From contig OZ237740.1 of assembly GCA_965178125.1 (NCBI GenBank), positions 186,001 through 250,000 on the forward strand: DNA of 64,000 nucleotides, read 5' to 3'. The notes beneath the pieces are model-generated. The model saw nothing but the letters and a program-made list of their open reading frames with translations, made no database searches and was not told the origin of the DNA. This stretch comes from Bilabrum cf. latius. Its lineage: Eukaryota. Made by a program: the position numbers and the translations under genes. Shown in pieces: positions 37,419-50,591 of this stretch; positions within the stretch are counted from its first letter, which is position 1; every line of letters starts with the position of its first letter.

Positions 37419-40346
37419 TGCTCGCTCGGAACCTCTGGGAGTTTCGACCGGTTCTAACCTCGGGAGAGGTTGCAACCGGGAATTTTTGACAGTTGGGACA
37501 GATTTCGAAATTCCCATATTGCTCGGCTCCTGGTCAGTAACTGGGGTCGTTTGTGGGTTCATCTTATAAATACGTTTATCAAAATTGGTTTTGTGTCATT
37601 CTTTCAGCGATAAATTCCAATCGATCGCTGATATCGCTCGCACCCGACCATGTCTTGCACAGCTGCTCGGCAAAAAAGGACTTAAAAGGACTTTCCAAAA
37701 ATTAGCATGTACATTCATATGAGTATCATAGTTTCATTCTCTGGATTATAGCCCTGAATTCCCTAGGGAAAGTCTCAGAATCGCCACCCAAAGTCACGTC
37801 GCAAAAACGATACAATCTGCGATTTCTCCGGCCCTGCCGGGAATACGCACAAAACAGCACCACCTGCATGTTTGTATGATGCATCGGCAACGTTTATGAC
37901 CGGTGGAGCGTCACGACGTCTCATCGTCGCGGCCATCTCGTGCTTGCGCGACCATGCCCAGCAGCTTCGCGGACGGTCGCCTTTGTCTCTTGGTCGAGTC
38001 GGGCGCCTGGTTCAAGGCAAGCATCAGGAAATGACTCGAACTTTCCACTGCTCTTTCTACCCTTTCGTTTGGCTCCAAGCCGTTGCCGCCAGGGTCGTCC
38101 TACCCGGCCAGGTCCTCGTCCTCACCCGGAGGGCCTCCCTCCATGGGCGCTTGCGGGCCCTAATAGTCCCCTTTTCCCGCGTATTCCTCGCCATCGTCGT
38201 TGCCATCATCTGCTGCTCCCTCTTCGAGCTGATCCTGCCCGTTGAGTTCGTCTCGTCCCCGCTTGCGCCCGGCACTCGCCGGTCCCGCTGCGTTGGCCCC
38301 ACCCCGGGCTTGCTGCCCCGCTTCCCTTGCCGGCTCCTTCTTCTTCTTCCTTTTCTACCTCTGCTTTTTAGCCTTTGCCTATCTCTACTTCTACTTCATC
38401 TCGCGGAGCCCCACTGCTGTGCACAGCGCGCCCCCGAGTGGATCTACGCTCTCCTCCACCGCCCTCGCCCTCTTGGCTGCGGCCGCCCCGTCCGCCTACC
38501 TGTCCAAAGGGGCTAGTGCCTCTGGAGCTGCACCTCTGCCCCCCGGCAGTCCAAGTCGCCTAGCAGCTTTCTACACCCCCTTGGCCTCCTGCAGCACCTT
38601 GCTCAAGCTGTTGCCCCGCTCGAAGAGCTCCGCAGCCTTGCAACCCCTACCCGCCGCTGCCACAGCCGCCTGGCCCCCAGCCATGATGCGGTACACTGCG
38701 GTCGCCTTTAGCCCAGCATCCCGCACGCAAGGAGGGGCAAATCCCGCCAGACGGTGGTGATCTACTAACAGTCCCGCAAAACACGATCTGGGCCAGACCC
38801 GCGGCCTCTTGCCTCACCTGCTCGGCCCAATCGAGGCGCCTCCACCAAGCGGGGACTCCTTCGCCGCCTCGTGCGCCAGGGCAGGGGGCACCCACTGGAC
38901 AGGCGAGAGCTGCGAGCACGTACACCGATGCGTCCCCCGCTGCAGCAGCCGCGTCCACCTCGGAAAACAGTGCCTCCTTGCCGTGCACGCGGTGCGGCAG
39001 CTTGCCGCCCATCACGTGCAGCAGGGCCCCGAGGTCGCTCGCCCGGTCGCACATATCCTTCATGGTGCAGCCGTGCACCTTCTGCTTCCTGCCCGGCTTT
39101 TTCTGTGTGCCTTTGTTGTTCATCTTGGCAAAGTCCTGATGCAGCAACGCGAACCCCTGGACTAGTCGAGAGCCGTCTGCACGGCGTCCGACCTTCGCCC
39201 AGTTTGGTTCGGGAGCGCCATGTGCTCGATGATAGGCCACCAAGCACTCCACAACGACGTACATATGGATAAAATAACGCGATTAATGGCCGATACGGCA
39301 AGCATTCCTCAAAAATTGCCTCGCCAGCCGGCATGCTGTTTCCAACTTGGTAACGCAGCAGCTTCCATTCCCTTCTAACGGACACTTGGGATGCCTCCAG
39401 CAGCTTTATTGTTCTTATACTATCTAAAGATACTGTTGCTAGCGCCATTGATGCGAAATTGTCCAGGCATGTGTATCATTGAGCGGCAGGTAGCTCTCGA
39501 GGCCAACCAAGCGAGTAGCCGACGGCCAGGACTTCTGAGGCCTGCAAGGGCTAAAATTTCAGCCTAAATACCAATATATATATATTACTATAGCTTCTAT
39601 GCCAGTCAAACGAGTGATATCGAGGCACAATGGCCAGCTCCAAATGCACCCAGCTGCTGGAAGCTGGCTTCTCTCACCGAATCCTCCTGGTACCCAGCCT
39701 TTATTGCACTCATCCTCTGCGCATGACTTCTAAATTACATTAAAAGGTGATTTAGCGTATCAAGAAGTTGGGGAGGAACGTCGATAATGGCCAATAAGCC
39801 GAAACGTCCAGCACTTCGAGCGGTCTCGGGGGGCCAAATTCCAAATATTTAGGCAATCGCGACTAAAGCTCCACGTAAATCAGTCATACAATATGAACTC
39901 TAACCAAATTCCATGCCGGAAAGGCGATAGCGCGACAAAATCAGGCCAAGCGACCGCAACACCGGTCTTCGTGCACTCTAGCCCTTCGCGACGAGTTCCC
40001 AAGATCAAAATGTCCTGAATCCCACCAAGCTTTTATCAAACGATTGAATAGATGTATATACATCCATGGTGGTTGGGTACTTGGGAAACTCACCGCGCTT
40101 GCCGGTCAAAGAGTCAAAACGAGATCGACCCTGGTGATCGCATTTCGACCAACTGGATCTCAAAGGCCCAATATGGAATTCAGGACGTGCAACTCCAGCT
40201 GAACTGCCGGGTATATGAATGACAAACACAATTTCAGTAAAGGCCCATCGATTTCAACGCACGACCTCGAGCAATGGCCGATTGCAGGTTTTGGACTCGG
40301 TTTGAGGTTAGAACCGGTCGAAACTCCCAGAGGTTCCGAGCGAGCA
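37419..40346. mobile_element. TIR-bounded DNA element (2.9 kb): 43-bp perfect terminal inverted repeats, TG...CA ends, GTG target-site duplication
   Basis: 37419-37461 tgctcgctcggaacctctgggagtttcgaccggttctaacctc is the reverse complement of 40304-40346. GTG flanks both ends (37416-37418 and 40347-40349). Confidence 0.85.
37911..39448 (-). pseudogene. Internal interrupted coding region of the TIR element, unknown product with a basic/acidic C-terminus
   Basis: Frame 37911-~38810 reads as protein with TAG=Q (EMKQKQRQAKAKKQRQKRKKK...EEGAADDGNDDGEE) and ends TGA. Upstream segments 38647-39264 and 38765-39448 lie in other frames, and I could not join them cleanly. Confidence 0.4.
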
Positions 40347-40393
40347 GTGCCATCACTAGAAATCCTCAATCATCACACACTGGCAGGCAGTCA

Positions 40394-43300
40394 ATGGGAA
40401 CTCTCTCAGTAGTAGGATACTGCAGAGAGCATCCGCGAGATTTCATCGACGTAGCATCTTAGTCTGCCTTCCCAGCTACCTGTGAGGACGTGCTCGCTAT
40501 GTCAGCGTCCGACTCCAAGAGCTTGAGTTATGGTGACATATTGATCACTAGCGATGCTATGGACTTTAAACAACCAACCTAGATAGCATACAAGTACAGC
40601 TACATTGATGTAGCTTAGAAATCTAGTGGTGTGCGTCTGCAGCCTGCAAGTGTGCCAGGTGGTGCAGGAGGTCACCCCAAAGAAACGCGAGCTGAGCTTG
40701 TGTCTCTGCAGGCACGCTTCGAAAAGGCAAAGCGAGAGGTTGCTTTGTATCCGCATGCCAAAGAACAGAGGCGCAAACAACTGCACAACACGGGGCTAAG
40801 ATTTGAGCGTTCCGTGCGAACAGCACTGGCAAATTTCCCCGCGGTTGACACCAAGATCAAGCAGTTAGAATGTAGGAATAGGCGCAACTAGGTGACACAT
40901 CACGTGGATACTCGTGAATTTACGCATGACGATGTTCTGCGGATCCAGTCCAGCACGGGGCTCAGATTCGTTGATGTGGGAGGACATGCCGGTGGTATCA
41001 AGGCAGTACATGAGGGCCTGGGTCTGTTCTTTAAATTCGCTTTCGATATTGGTGCAATCTACAGGAGCTCCATGATGGCGGCCAAGGCGGCGAAGCGGGA
41101 GGCAGCTGCAAGTCGATGGGTGCACGCGATGGACAGCGTCCACGTGTCGACCCCCTTGCTCGAGTGCGTGGATCTGCCGGTCCAGCTCACAAGAGGCCGA
41201 GGAACTCTGATCCTTCGGGTGCAAGCTTTTACAGCGGTGGATATTCGTGGAGTGTCCAACGACGACCAGCTCACGTGGAAGTCAACTACCCTGCGGGTCG
41301 GGTCAGCCGACGGCGGCTTCACGGTTCACGCAGATAGCGAACAGGAAACTGACTCCGAGGTGGTCGTGCCTCTAGCGCGCCATTTTTACTTGTCGCCAAT
41401 GCGCAGACGTGTTGATCGCTAGGTGCTTCACACGAATAGGGTCACCGAGGCACGGGGAATGGCTGCCGGAGCGTAGGGAGGTGCTCCTGCTCCTGCTGGT
41501 GCTGTCAGCTCTGCACGCTCCGGTGCTTGCTCTGGCTCCAACGATAGGCTTGAGCACGGGTTTGAGTGCTTGGTACAGCAAGGCGTTTCAGATCAAGCGA
41601 TGCGCGCTCTATCTGATGCTTGCGAATGCCCTGGAATACCGTCTATCATCCCGAGTGTTGGTGCAAGTGAACGAAAACTGCCTGCAGGCGGCAGTACGAG
41701 CAGTACACAACCGTTGAATGCGGCGGACGTAGCAGCTGCAGTAGTCGCAGCAAGAGCAGATTTGGGCCCAGCCTCGCCGACCCTGGTGCCATATCATTCA
41801 GTTCAGCATAAAGATGGAGCTGAGTTCACGCTAAAGCTACCATTCGACGTGGAGGTGCACCAGCTGGCAAGCGGGTAGCGGATGGTGCTGGACACGCACC
41901 GGTTGCTTATCCCGGATGTGCCGTGGATCGAATGGATGAAGAAAGATGAAGCCGCACGCCCCGCTATTTGGTGCTTTATCCCGTCTATGGGTGGCGCATG
42001 CAAGCTGGTCCGCGGGAGTCTGGATGCGTTCACGGTTTCGCGGCATCCAGACAAAAAGTAGCTGGCGGAGGGCATAGAAAGTTGGGCCAAAGCAGCGCTG
42101 CCTCTCGCGGATGATGGATCTGCCTGTGACAGTGGTGACGCCCCCTCCAGTGATTGGTATGCAGATGCCCAGGGCGGCAAGATTGCGTATAGATTCGCTC
42201 CCGAGGACATGGAACTGTTTCCAGATGCCGGAGCTGTGCTTGCAGTGGGCAGAATAGACTCGGCAATACGACCTGATGGCGAAAGCATCGAGACACCAGC
42301 TGCTCGCGGCATGTCAACAGGCGCGTCGGAACCATAGGCATAGGCAGATGATGACTCACACAGCGCGCTGGCTGCAACTATAGGTGTAATGGCCCCCGGC
42401 GACCGCTCACGCTTGTGCGTGGTTGTGGCGAGCTGCCCCAGGTGGTACTACTGCGGCAACGCCAACCTGACCTGCTTGCTTCCCCCTGAAGCTGCAAGCG
42501 CCCTGCGCGCAAACAATGAAGAGAAACCATCAGAGATTGGCGGAGAAAGGGCTGTCGGTCTGTGTCCCGATGCCATCATGAGCGGGGCCCCTGCTGCTGT
42601 GAGCCGTGCCAGGGAGCAGATAGAATCTCTGTACGCCCGGGCGCAAGAAGTGGGCCTCGAGAAGTTCCGTCCCAGCATGGAAGCTGCAAGCAAATCCGTG
42701 CCAGGCTTTCAAAGCACCAAGTCTAGCCGACTGCGCAAGGCGCTCAAGACCACCATGCACTCACTGGGGCTGGGGCTCAGGCACGGGCGTCTACTCGCCG
42801 AAGCTGCTGCGAGCCTGGGAGACGGCGAAGCCCATGCAGCTATTTGTGTCGCACTGGCCTAGCCTCCCCGTATTGACTCGCTGTGCGGCCAAACCGTGCT
42901 GCAGGTCGCTCGCCGGCTTGCGGTGCTCATCGACGCAGACCAGCATGGGTTCAAGAGGGAGATGTGCGAGACAGTCGCAATGGAAGTGCGTTGCTTCGCT
43001 GCGAAAGGGGTCAGGCTAAATAGCACCGACAGCATACACATGTCGCCGCTCTTGACGGGCGAAGATGGTACGGATCATTTGCCAGAGCCCGAGCGACAAG
43101 AAAGCGTCTGTGTAGGCACGCAACTGGCAGCAGCTAGTGACTAGCTGAGCGATACCACTGGTCTGGGAGAACTGCGGGCCCTATTTCGTGAAATAGCACA
43201 CCTGCAGCGGGTTGGAGGTAGTGGAGAGCTCGATGCGCTAACCACTGCGTATTATCTGCTCATAAAAAGCTCCAACACGTCGGCGCTCGCAATGAGGTGC

Positions 43301-45431
43301 ACCCTCCGTGCTGCCTCGGTCGCGTACTCCAGGCAGGAGGTATCGCGCGGTATCTTCGCAGATACCATGCACCGACTGGCCTCGAGTCTATCGAAAAGCA
43401 AGCCCGCACCTTCGGCCCAGCTGGAGCTTTTTCGGATTGCCCACAATCTTTTGTTGGAAGCCCACGGACCTGACGACTTGCGCTGTGCCGGGTGCCAGTC
43501 GAGCATGGCGGCTTGTCTGGCCGACTAGGGGCGCTTCGCGGAGGCTTTGAAGGCCGTGCAATCGGCTAGACAGATTTTTGAAAGGGTTGGAGGTCCCCAG
43601 CACCCGCAGCCTTGGTGACCTTCTATGCAGCGAAGCAGCGGCACTTAAACATGTTGGGAAGGTGGATGAAGCGGTTACCGTGTACAGGCAAGCCCTAGAA
43701 ACGATTAAACACGTCAGTGGGACGGAAAATCCAAGATACGGGCGGGCGCTACGTGGCCTCGCCGGTGGGGTGCGTACCTAGGGCAAGATCGCAGAGGCCC
43801 TGGAACTACTGGATGAGGCCAGCGAATTGGGGCTCCGCACCCTTGGAGGGAGCCACGAGGGATACGCCTCCATTCTCGAGAGTAAGGCGAGGTGCCTGAC
43901 CGAGCTGGAACGATTCAGTGAAGCCACAGCGCTGCTGGAGCAGGCAGTGGTCATACGGGACAAGGTTTTCGGTACGGGTAGCTTTTCAAACCGCACTACC
44001 ATGAACGAGCTAGCTGTTGTATATGAAAAGTCTGGCAATGCAGCTGCCGCGTTGAAGATCCTTTAGGAGCTTGCTGATACGCTAGCCACTGTAAAAAGTC
44101 ACGATACTGTGGCAGCTGCTACTGTCCAGTTCAACCTGGGTGCATGTTTGCTTCGACAAGGGCGCGCGACAGAGGCGCTGGCAGTGTTCGAGAAGCACCT
44201 CGGGGCACTCCGTGGATCGAACAAAAAACCGAGCAGGGCATACGTGAAGGGACTACACAATACAGCTGAGCTACTGTAGAAAACAGGTCGAATGGAAGAG
44301 TCTCTGAAGCTACACGAGGAGTGCACTGCCGCCTGGGAGCTAGTCATGGGAGCAAACCGCCGATAGTTCCCGAAAGTGCTCCAAGCTCATGCGTATCACT
44401 TGAAGCTGATGGGCAGGTTTGACGAGTCGCTAGAGCTGTACGCGCGCAGCATCGGGGCGTGCTTGGCGCTTGGGGGCCTGCACATGGCAGGAGGGACCCA
44501 GATCCTAGCCGTGGCTGCGGCCCTTCTGCATCGTGTACAAGCAGAGGGCAGTCAAGAGGCCGGGATTGCTCGTATGGTTCAGTCCATCTTGCGCGCCACA
44601 AGCGGGCCTGACGAGTGGACTACCTCGAAAGTAGAACAGATGGTGAGGCTGGCAGTCGTGGAAAAGCAGGCGGCATGGCAAGAGAATGAAGGGCGCCTAG
44701 AAGAGGCGCTTGTGACGAGAGAGAGGCTGTGCACGCTGCTCGATCCGGGAGCAATCAGTTCCTCCGATGACAGCGCAAGCAAATCAGCGACTCTTGAGAG
44801 TGCCCCCATGTCCAAGGACACGCAGGTTGAGCTGGCTCTTGCCCATCGCAACGCGGGAGTCTTGCTCCGCAAGCTGGATCGGCATGCAGACGCACTGGCT
44901 CATTATCAGCGGTGCCGCGATCTGAGAGCCGCCAGTCTAGGCACTGAGCACTTGCAGTACGCAGCGGCACTCACTGGCGTAGGAAACTCATTGCGGCTGC
45001 TAGGCAGAGAGAAAGAGGCGCTACCTCTGCTGCAAGAATGCCTCGCCATCCGGTAGAGGGCCTGGGGCACCGATGGCAAGCACCTGCCACCAACGCTGCA
45101 GGTGGTCGCGGATGCACTGGAAGCACTCAAGCAGCACCACGAGGCACTGCCACTGAGAACGCAGTGCGTGTCAATCCTAGTAAGGGTGCATGGAAAGAGT
45201 CATGAGTCGACCAAAGCAGCTGAGGCGGCTCTGCAGGCTTGCTCGAAAGCCGCTGCAACGGAACGAGACAACTCCGATGCTGTATGTGAAGGTGTCGCCT
45301 ACGGCAATGGATCCAGCTCTGAGCATGGTCATTCCTGTGCTGACGCAGATGCGGGCGCTGGTGCTGACGGAAGAGTTAAATGTGATGCTGTGGCTTCGAG
45401 TGGGTGGGCCTCACAGGACACAGGCAAATAA
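40394..45431 (+). CDS. Large protein with C-terminal kinesin-light-chain-type TPR repeats; +1 frameshift near 43606
   Basis: TPR repeats (GTENPRYGRAL, GGSHEGYASIL, LGTEHLQYAAALTGVG). About 17 TAGs, including D*GRFAEA and T*GKIAEA. The frame changes at HP|SLGDLL. Ends TAA. Start is 40394 or 40499. Confidence 0.75.
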
Positions 45432-45516
45432 ATCTGTAGACCATGGAACCGGCAAGCCACGCATCCGGATGCATCCGAGGGCGGCTCAAACTGCCATGAC
45501 ACCCGCCTTCTCAGAT

Positions 45517-48139
45517 CTCAGTGCGTCCGCTTGGACTAGTCCACGGTGACCGTCACCACCTCAGTGCGTCCGCTTGGACTAGTCCACGGTGACCGTCACC
45601 ACCTCAGTGCGTCCGCTTGGACTAGTCCACGGTGACCGTCACCACCTCAGTGCGTCCGCTTGGACTAGTCCACGGTGACCGTCACCACCTCAGTGCGTCC
45701 GCTTGGACTAGTCCACGGTGACCGTCACCACCTCAGTGCGTCCGCTTGGACTAGTCCACGGTGACCGTCACCACCTCAGTGCGTCCGCTTGGACTAGTCC
45801 ACGGTGACCGTCACCACCTCAGTGCGTCCGCTTGGACTAGTCCACGGTGACCGTCACCACCTCAGTGCGTCCGCTTGGACTAGTCCACGGTGACCGTCAC
45901 CACCTCAGTGCGTCCGCTTGGACTAGTCCACGGTGACCGTCACCACCTCAGTGCGTCCGCTTGGACTAGTCCACGGTGACCGTCACCACCTCAGTGCGTC
46001 CGCTTGGACTAGTCCACGGTGACCGTCACCACCTCAGTGCGTCCGCTTGGACTAGTCCACGGTGACCGTCACCACCTCAGTGCGTCCGCTTGGACTAGTC
46101 CACGGTGACCGTCACCACCTCAGTGCGTCCGCTTGGACTAGTCCACGGTGACCGTCACCACCTCAGTGCGTCCGCTTGGACTAGTCCACGGTGACCGTCA
46201 CCACCTCAGTGCGTCCGCTTGGACTAGTCCACGGTGACCGTCACCACCTCAGTGCGTCCGCTTGGACTAGTCCACGGTGACCGTCACCACCTCAGTGCGT
46301 CCGCTTGGACTAGTCCACGGTGACCGTCACCACCTCAGTGCGTCCGCTTGGACTAGTCCACGGTGACCGTCACCACCTCAGTGCGTCCGCTTGGACTAGT
46401 CCACGGTGACCGTCACCACCTCAGTGCGTCCGCTTGGACTAGTCCACGGTGACCGTCACCACCTCAGTGCGTCCGCTTGGACTAGTCCACGGTGACCGTC
46501 ACCACCTCAGTGCGTCCGCTTGGACTAGTCCACGGTGACCGTCACCACCTCAGTGCGTCCGCTTGGACTAGTCCACGGTGACCGTCACCACCTCAGTGCG
46601 TCCGCTTGGACTAGTCCACGGTGACCGTCACCACCTCAGTGCGTCCGCTTGGACTAGTCCACGGTGACCGTCACCACCTCAGTGCGTCCGCTTGGACTAG
46701 TCCACGGTGACCGTCACCACCTCAGTGCGTCCGCTTGGACTAGTCCACGGTGACCGTCACCACCTCAGTGCGTCCGCTTGGACTAGTCCACGGTGACCGT
46801 CACCACCTCAGTGCGTCCGCTTGGACTAGTCCACGGTGACCGTCACCACCTCAGTGCGTCCGCTTGGACTAGTCCACGGTGACCGTCACCACCTCAGTGC
46901 GTCCGCTTGGACTAGTCCACGGTGACCGTCACCACCTCAGTGCGTCCGCTTGGACTAGTCCACGGTGACCGTCACCACCTCAGTGCGTCCGCTTGGACTA
47001 GTCCACGGTGACCGTCACCACCTCAGTGCGTCCGCTTGGACTAGTCCACGGTGACCGTCACCACCTCAGTGCGTCCGCTTGGACTAGTCCACGGTGACCG
47101 TCACCACCTCAGTGCGTCCGCTTGGACTAGTCCACGGTGACCGTCACCACCTCAGTGCGTCCGCTTGGACTAGTCCACGGTGACCGTCACCACCTCAGTG
47201 CGTCCGCTTGGACTAGTCCACGGTGACCGTCACCACCTCAGTGCGTCCGCTTGGACTAGTCCACGGTGACCGTCACCACCTCAGTGCGTCCGCTTGGACT
47301 AGTCCACGGTGACCGTCACCACCTCAGTGCGTCCGCTTGGACTAGTCCACGGTGACCGTCACCACCTCAGTGCGTCCGCTTGGACTAGTCCACGGTGACC
47401 GTCACCACCTCAGTGCGTCCGCTTGGACTAGTCCACGGTGACCGTCACCACCTCAGTGCGTCCGCTTGGACTAGTCCACGGTGACCGTCACCACCTCAGT
47501 GCGTCCGCTTGGACTAGTCCACGGTGACCGTCACCACCTCAGTGCGTCCGCTTGGACTAGTCCACGGTGACCGTCACCACCTCAGTGCGTCCGCTTGGAC
47601 TAGTCCACGGTGACCGTCACCACCTCAGTGCGTCCGCTTGGACTAGTCCACGGTGACCGTCACCACCTCAGTGCGTCCGCTTGGACTAGTCCACGGTGAC
47701 CGTCACCACCTCAGTGCGTCCGCTTGGACTAGTCCACGGTGACCGTCACCACCTCAGTGCGTCCGCTTGGACTAGTCCACGGTGACCGTCACCACCTCAG
47801 TGCGTCCGCTTGGACTAGTCCACGGTGACCGTCACCACCTCAGTGCGTCCGCTTGGACTAGTCCACGGTGACCGTCACCACCTCAGTGCGTCCGCTTGGA
47901 CTAGTCCACGGTGACCGTCACCACCTCAGTGCGTCCGCTTGGACTAGTCCACGGTGACCGTCACCACCTCAGTGCGTCCGCTTGGACTAGTCCACGGTGA
48001 CCGTCACCACCTCAGTGCGTCCGCTTGGACTAGTCCACGGTGACCGTCACCACCTCAGTGCGTCCGCTTGGACTAGTCCACGGTGACCGTCACCACCTCA
48101 GTGCGTCCGCTTGGACTAGTCCACGGTGACCGTCACCAC
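45517..48139. repeat. Perfect tandem array: 61 copies of a 43-bp unit
   Basis: Unit ctcagtgcgtccgcttggactagtccacggtgaccgtcaccac. The first copy starts at 45517 and the last at 48097 (60 x 43 bp later). I saw no variants or spacers. Confidence 0.97.
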
Positions 48140-49597
48140 TCCCGTGTGAGCCGCGTCCATGTCAATCTTCACCACGTGACTCGCACTGCCAGGCAGCCTC
48201 GCCGAGCTCGTGGCCAGCTGGTTGCCGTCGAGAGCGAGGCTGTACTGCACCGACTGGATGGGCGCCTCGCTGGGGGTGAACAGAAGCGCATCCGTGAAAT
48301 CGATAGAGACGGAATCCGTCGCGGTCGACACTACCACTGCCTTGCTGGCAGTCGTGCTTACGCTGTTCCAGGATCCTCCTTGCTGCACCACGCTCCCCTC
48401 AATCGTCACATCGACGACGTCCTTGAAGGCAGATCCTGCCACCGTGCGGTTCACGATCACTGTGTCGAATCCGGTGCCCTCCGATGTCTGGAACACGTTG
48501 CCAGAGGCGTAGAGACCCTTGACAGTGCTTGCGTCCCCCGGCACGAGCTCGATCCTCCCACCTCCCAGGAAGAAACCATCCGTGACGATTGTGTCGGAAG
48601 GGTCGAAGATTCGCAGGTCCGTGAAGTCCAGGTAGCATCCGATCAGCCGGTTTTGGCCGCTGTACCCGTTGTCCAGCACGATGCCCTTGCCCCCGTGCGC
48701 CGTGGCGTCGTTCCACGTGTGCACGCCCTCGAACAGGTTAGCGGCGCCCAGCACATACACGCCGATCTTGCCGTCGAACACGATCACCTCGTTAAGGAAG
48801 TGGTCGTTTCCCCTGATCTCGATCCCGTTCGAGTTCATCGTGGGGCCCTCCTTCTGAGGCGACCCCCAGAAGTACTGGCCCACCCACGACTCGTGGATCA
48901 TCGTCTCGTGGCCGCCGGTGACGTAGACGCCGGCTTGGGTGTGACCAGTAAAGTAGTTCATGGGGCCAAGCGAAGTGCCCATCGTGGCTCCGACCCACAC
49001 GCCTCCCGCCGCTACCTGCCCGCCATCAAACAGGACGCCCGACACCTCGATGTTCATGTTGCAGGACTTCTGCTGGTTCGGGCACGTCGTGTCGCCGATG
49101 TGAATCAGGTATTGATCGGACGGGAATTTCGCACTTGCCAGCAGGGATCCGCGCACCACCTGCGCGTTTCCAGTCATTTGAGGAAAGACGAAAGGCTCGG
49201 AAATTAGGTACTCTCCGCCTTCCAGGTCGATCACCACCCCGCCCAAGTTCGTGATATTCTCAGCTAGGCGAGGAAGATTCTCGCCCCTTGACATCATAGC
49301 TTCATGCATCGCCTTGAACGCAGCCGTAGAATCCTGCTGCCCGCTTGGATCCGCACCAAACGCAATGGGGCTGAGACGGGCGGTGTAGTTCACGTCTGGG
49401 AGCGCAGGTTCAGTCCAAGCATTCATTTTACGCAACAGCCGAGTAGTTCGAGCATTATCACCACGGTGAATCAGTGCCCGCAGCCTCTGGGTACGTTCGC
49501 CTCGACTAGTTGCAGTCAGCGGATGCTTCGGCCTTGTCAATACATGCCCACAAGCCAAGGCTCCCATGGTCGACAACGCTATCAATGAGACAATCAT
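48098..49597 (-). CDS. QRT3-like secreted pectin-lyase-fold (right-handed beta-helix) polysaccharide-degrading enzyme
   Basis: Signal peptide, then FGADPSGQQDSTAAF, NLGGVVIDLEGGEYLISEP, GGHETMIHESWVGQ, GANLFEGVHTWN-like and R.IGCYLDFT motifs. The C-terminal VTVD*S matches the QRT3 VDQ ending as I recall it. True stop is TGA at 48098-48100. Confidence 0.8.
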
Positions 49598-50563
49598 TCT
49601 TGTGTTTGTTCACCTGGTTTTGATGGCGGTCTGTGCATACGTTCGTGTTCCAAGCATGACAAAAGTAAGATACCATATTTAGCACGGTACCACCCCAGCC
49701 CATCCAATTCTTTAGCTCGGCTCGCTTGCCTGCAGCCCGTAGATCTCATGTATTGAAGAGTTTGGCCCGACCGGCCCACCAGCTGCCTCTAGGTGGGGCC
49801 ATAAACGCTATCCTACACCAACCTTCCTGCGGTACTAGCACAGGAATGATTGTGGCACGCCCATCTTGACCCCGTTCCTTTGACGCCGCATTGATTGCCA
49901 CGCTGATACACAGGAGCGGAGCACGCTCCGAGCAAATGCAAGCTCCGCTGCGCACCCGCCCGAGGCCCAGTAGACTTGCGACCAACTGAGCAGCAAGCAG
50001 GCGAGCATCGGGGCAACTGCTCTCCGTGCCGTCGGGAGAGGAAAAAAGCTACAAGCCGCCAGGTATTTTGGATCCCTAGCAACACGATCCACAATCTTCC
50101 CATCCGTGATACAATTATCTTGCCCCAGCCCGCAAGCTACCTGCCGCTTGATGTTGCTCGGCGAAGTGCCGCGACGTCGTGCCCTGCCTGACGGCAGAGG
50201 CACTCGCTGCTTGGGGCTCCATTCTGAAATCTAGCACCCATGGATGCTGGTCACACTTCTCACCGTACCCACCCTCGTTTGCTTCGCGCTAGTAAACACG
50301 GAGATCACCATGACCCGCGCCGGTGCTGGCAGGTGATTCCCAACGACACGTCCTACTCGTGCAAGGGCAATTTCCTGCGCAAATCAAGCACGAGATATAG
50401 GCGAACTGGACCACGGGAAATGGCTGGGATGCACGCGAAGTGCAGTCCAATACTCGCGGATCAGTAGGTGCCACGGCCGTTTAAATGGCCGAAAAATCTC
50501 TGGCGCCGGTTGCTCTCCCCAGGGGCGGTACGAAAGTTCGCAACACCTGAAGCTTATAACAGC

Positions 50564-50591
50564 GCAAGCAAGCAAGCAAGCAAGCAAGCAA
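50564..50591 (+). repeat. (GCAA)7 microsatellite
   Basis: Read directly from the sequence; intergenic. Confidence 0.85.

Noticed and set aside
45517-48139. CRISPR array (palindromic repeat of CRISPR-like length)
   Set aside because: Units are directly adjacent and identical, with no spacers and no cas genes. The context is eukaryotic and the unit derives from a gene end.
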